Assembly (NCBI GenBank): GCA_944319745.1
Contig: CALUET010000019.1
Coordinates: 1,064-65,063, forward strand
Length of the DNA: 64,000 nucleotides
Reading direction: 5' to 3'
DNA from: an uncultured Phocaeicola sp.
GTDB taxonomy: Bacteria; Bacteroidota; Bacteroidia; Bacteroidales; Bacteroidaceae
The notes under the pieces were generated by a model, which did no database searches, had not been told where the DNA came from, and was given only the letters and a program-made list of their open reading frames with translations. Positions within the stretch are counted from its first letter, which is position 1. Each line of letters opens with the position of its first letter. This document shows positions 62,216 through 64,000 of the stretch, in pieces. A program made the translations under genes and the position numbers.

Positions 62216-63364
62216 ATGGCAAAGAAAAAGAAAGCTGTCAAGGCTAAAGAGCCGATCAGATTACGATTCAAGGAACTTGCGAACGGGAATAAAAGTTTGT
62301 ATCTGGACACTTATAGGGACGGGAAACGATCTTATGAGTTTCTGAAACTCTATCTTATCCCGGAAACAAATGAGGAAGCCAAGATGAGGAATGCTAATAC
62401 TCTACAGGCTGCAAACTCTATCAAAGCGCAAAAAATCATCGAACTTACCAATGGAGAAGCTGGAATTAGCAAAAATTCCACCAGATCAAAGATGCTTCTA
62501 ATGGACTGGATGAGGTACTACAGCGAGCACAAGCTAAAGACTGGGCAAAGTGCCGCTTTTCATATCCAGATAGATAAGGCTATAAAGCACCTCATTAAAT
62601 ATAAGGGTGAAGATATTACGATGAAAGAAGTAGATAAGGCTTATTGCATCGGCTTTATAGACTATCTGAATAATGCCAAACGGAAAGATGGAAAACCGAT
62701 GGCTAAAGTTACAACCGCAGGTTATTTTAGGTGCTTGAATTGTGCCCTAAATCTTGCTGTAAAGGAAGAGATCATTCCTTATAATCCAATTTCAAAAATA
62801 AATTCAGATGATCGAATCAAGATACCAGAAAGCACACGGGAATACCTGACTGTTGAGGAGGTAAAAAAGTTGATAGCAGAAAAATGTATCAATGAACCGA
62901 CCAAACAAGCGTATTTATTCAGTTGCTTTTGTGGGTTAAGATTGGGCGACATTCAGGCTTTGACTTGGGGAGATATTATTTTAGATGGCACACAATACAG
63001 GGCAAGAATAGTGATGAAGAAAACACAAAAAACACTCTATTTGCCTTTGTCCGATGAGGCTTTGAAGTGGATGCCTGAACGGGGAGAGGCAAAAGATACG
63101 GATAAAGTTTTTCATCTTCCTTACCCTACTTACATAAATGTAGTGCTGAAAACATGGGCGCAAAATTGTGGAATAACAAAGACGGTGACATTTCACACCG
63201 CCCGGCATACATTCGCCACAATGATGCTTACATTGGGGGCTGATCTTTACACTACGAGCAAACTATTAGGGCATACACAAGTAAAAACTACCCAAATATA
63301 TGCTAAGATAGTTGATAAGAAAAAAGATGAGGCGGTGAACCTTGTAAATGAAATCTTCAAATAA
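62216..63364 (+). CDS. Tyrosine recombinase/integrase (Bacteroidales type)
   Basis: NKSLYLDTY arm domain; CGLRLGDI (R), FHTARHTFAT (HxxR), LLGH, TQIYA (Y). Start set at MAKKK since a TACCTTTG promoter is at 62182-62189. Confidence 0.93.
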   Translation: MAKKKKAVKAKEPIRLRFKELANGNKSLYLDTYRDGKRSYEFLKLYLIPETNEEAKMRNANTLQAANSIKAQKIIELTNGEAGISKNSTRSKMLLMDWMRYYSEHKLKTGQSAAFHIQIDKAIKHLIKYKGEDITMKEVDKAYCIGFIDYLNNAKRKDGKPMAKVTTAGYFRCLNCALNLAVKEEIIPYNPISKINSDDRIKIPESTREYLTVEEVKKLIAEKCINEPTKQAYLFSCFCGLRLGDIQALTWGDIILDGTQYRARIVMKKTQKTLYLPLSDEALKWMPERGEAKDTDKVFHLPYPTYINVVLKTWAQNCGITKTVTFHTARHTFATMMLTLGADLYTTSKLLGHTQVKTTQIYAKIVDKKKDEAVNLVNEIFK

Positions 63365-63371
63365 TGGATCT

Positions 63372-63551
63372 ATGGGCAAAGCTAAGAAAATGAAATGCAA
63401 GGTGTGTGGCTATGAATGGCTACAATATGAGGGAATAGGACTGCAAGGAATAGAGATCGATCCTAAAGAAGATAACGATATTATCAAATGCCCTCAATGC
63501 AATACAATAGATGTAGAACCAGATGAAAAGGAACATATACTATGGGACTGA
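63372..63551 (+). CDS. Small zinc-ribbon protein
   Basis: CKVC..CPQC; stop overlaps the next ORF. Confidence 0.6.
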   Translation: MGKAKKMKCKVCGYEWLQYEGIGLQGIEIDPKEDNDIIKCPQCNTIDVEPDEKEHILWD

Positions 63552-63844
63552 ATAATTGCTTTTCTGGCATACCAGAAGATTATACAAATTACAGGTGGTA
63601 TAAGGGCGAACAAATGAATCCATACACAAACGACACATTCCACCCCTTAGCCGCTTCTTTTTGGGAATATGAGCGTATCTTCCACTTGGGGTATCTTGGC
63701 AAGGCTGACACAAACAAAAGCCTTACAGAAGCCTACAACAAGTGGAAAGAAGAGTTTATCAATGATTATTTACCCGGTAAATCTCCAAATCCCTATGGTG
63801 ACAACACCGACTGGGAAAAGGTTTTTGAAACGGGTTTGAAATAG
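63542..63844 (+). CDS. Hypothetical protein (element cargo)
   Basis: 100 aa, aromatic-rich, two NPY motifs. Confidence 0.6.
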   Translation: MGLNNCFSGIPEDYTNYRWYKGEQMNPYTNDTFHPLAASFWEYERIFHLGYLGKADTNKSLTEAYNKWKEEFINDYLPGKSPNPYGDNTDWEKVFETGLK

Positions 63845-63867
63845 AATGTTTAAGAAAGCGGGTAACA

Positions 63868-64000
63868 ATGAACAAGACTATAGAACGAGAATACTTTAAG
63901 GCTTTTGAACGTGGCGGCACTGCCTATAAATGTGTAGAGGTGATAAAGCGCAAATATGATTTAGGATATTTGCCACAGAACACGCCAGAAGAAGAAAACG
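63868..64000 (+). CDS. Hypothetical protein, truncated by the window end
   Basis: Open frame MNKTIEREYFKAFERGG..TPEEEN to the edge; not in ORF track. Confidence 0.45.
   Translation, partial: MNKTIEREYFKAFERGGTAYKCVEVIKRKYDLGYLPQNTPEEEN

Larger units (their letters stand above)
62042..64000 (+). mobile_element. Left end of a tyrosine-integrase integrative element (continues beyond the window)
   Basis: Intact integrase, upstream inverted repeats, shift to AT-rich small ORFs. Left boundary approximate. Confidence 0.7.

Overview
Chromosomal window from a Bacteroidales (Bacteroidaceae-like) bacterium, judged by TAnnTTTG -7 promoters and gene order. It is mostly core genes: arg/pro cluster, tig-clpP-clpX-recQ-guaB, PPIase/SurA/OstA cluster, mutL, smpB-metH, amgK/murU-like pair, two tRNA-Glu, trpB2, mltG and clpB. 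Scattered host-glycan enzymes are also present (GH130-MFS-GH92/GH18, GH109, sialate O-acetylesterase). The standout is an AT-rich five-gene operon at 39.0-43.2 kb encoding a small unknown protein, a PD-(D/E)xK nuclease, a Zn-less tRNA-guanine transglycosylase (TGT/DpdA)-like protein and two beta-class amino-methyltransferases. It is a candidate restriction-modification system coupled to guanine base exchange. Other notable items are a promoter-to-terminator unit with nine AGGT motifs (sponge-like sRNA candidate, about 33.95-34.23 kb), a 120-nt rod-like hairpin at 44.4 kb, sigma54-type promoters with shared GACA-N3-TGTC sites at hsp20 and clpB, an apparent NifU-like/GGGtGRT gene fusion, a homopolymer frameshift in an ABC permease, and the left end of an integrase-bearing element at the right edge. 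All calls are by eye from motifs; no database searches were run.
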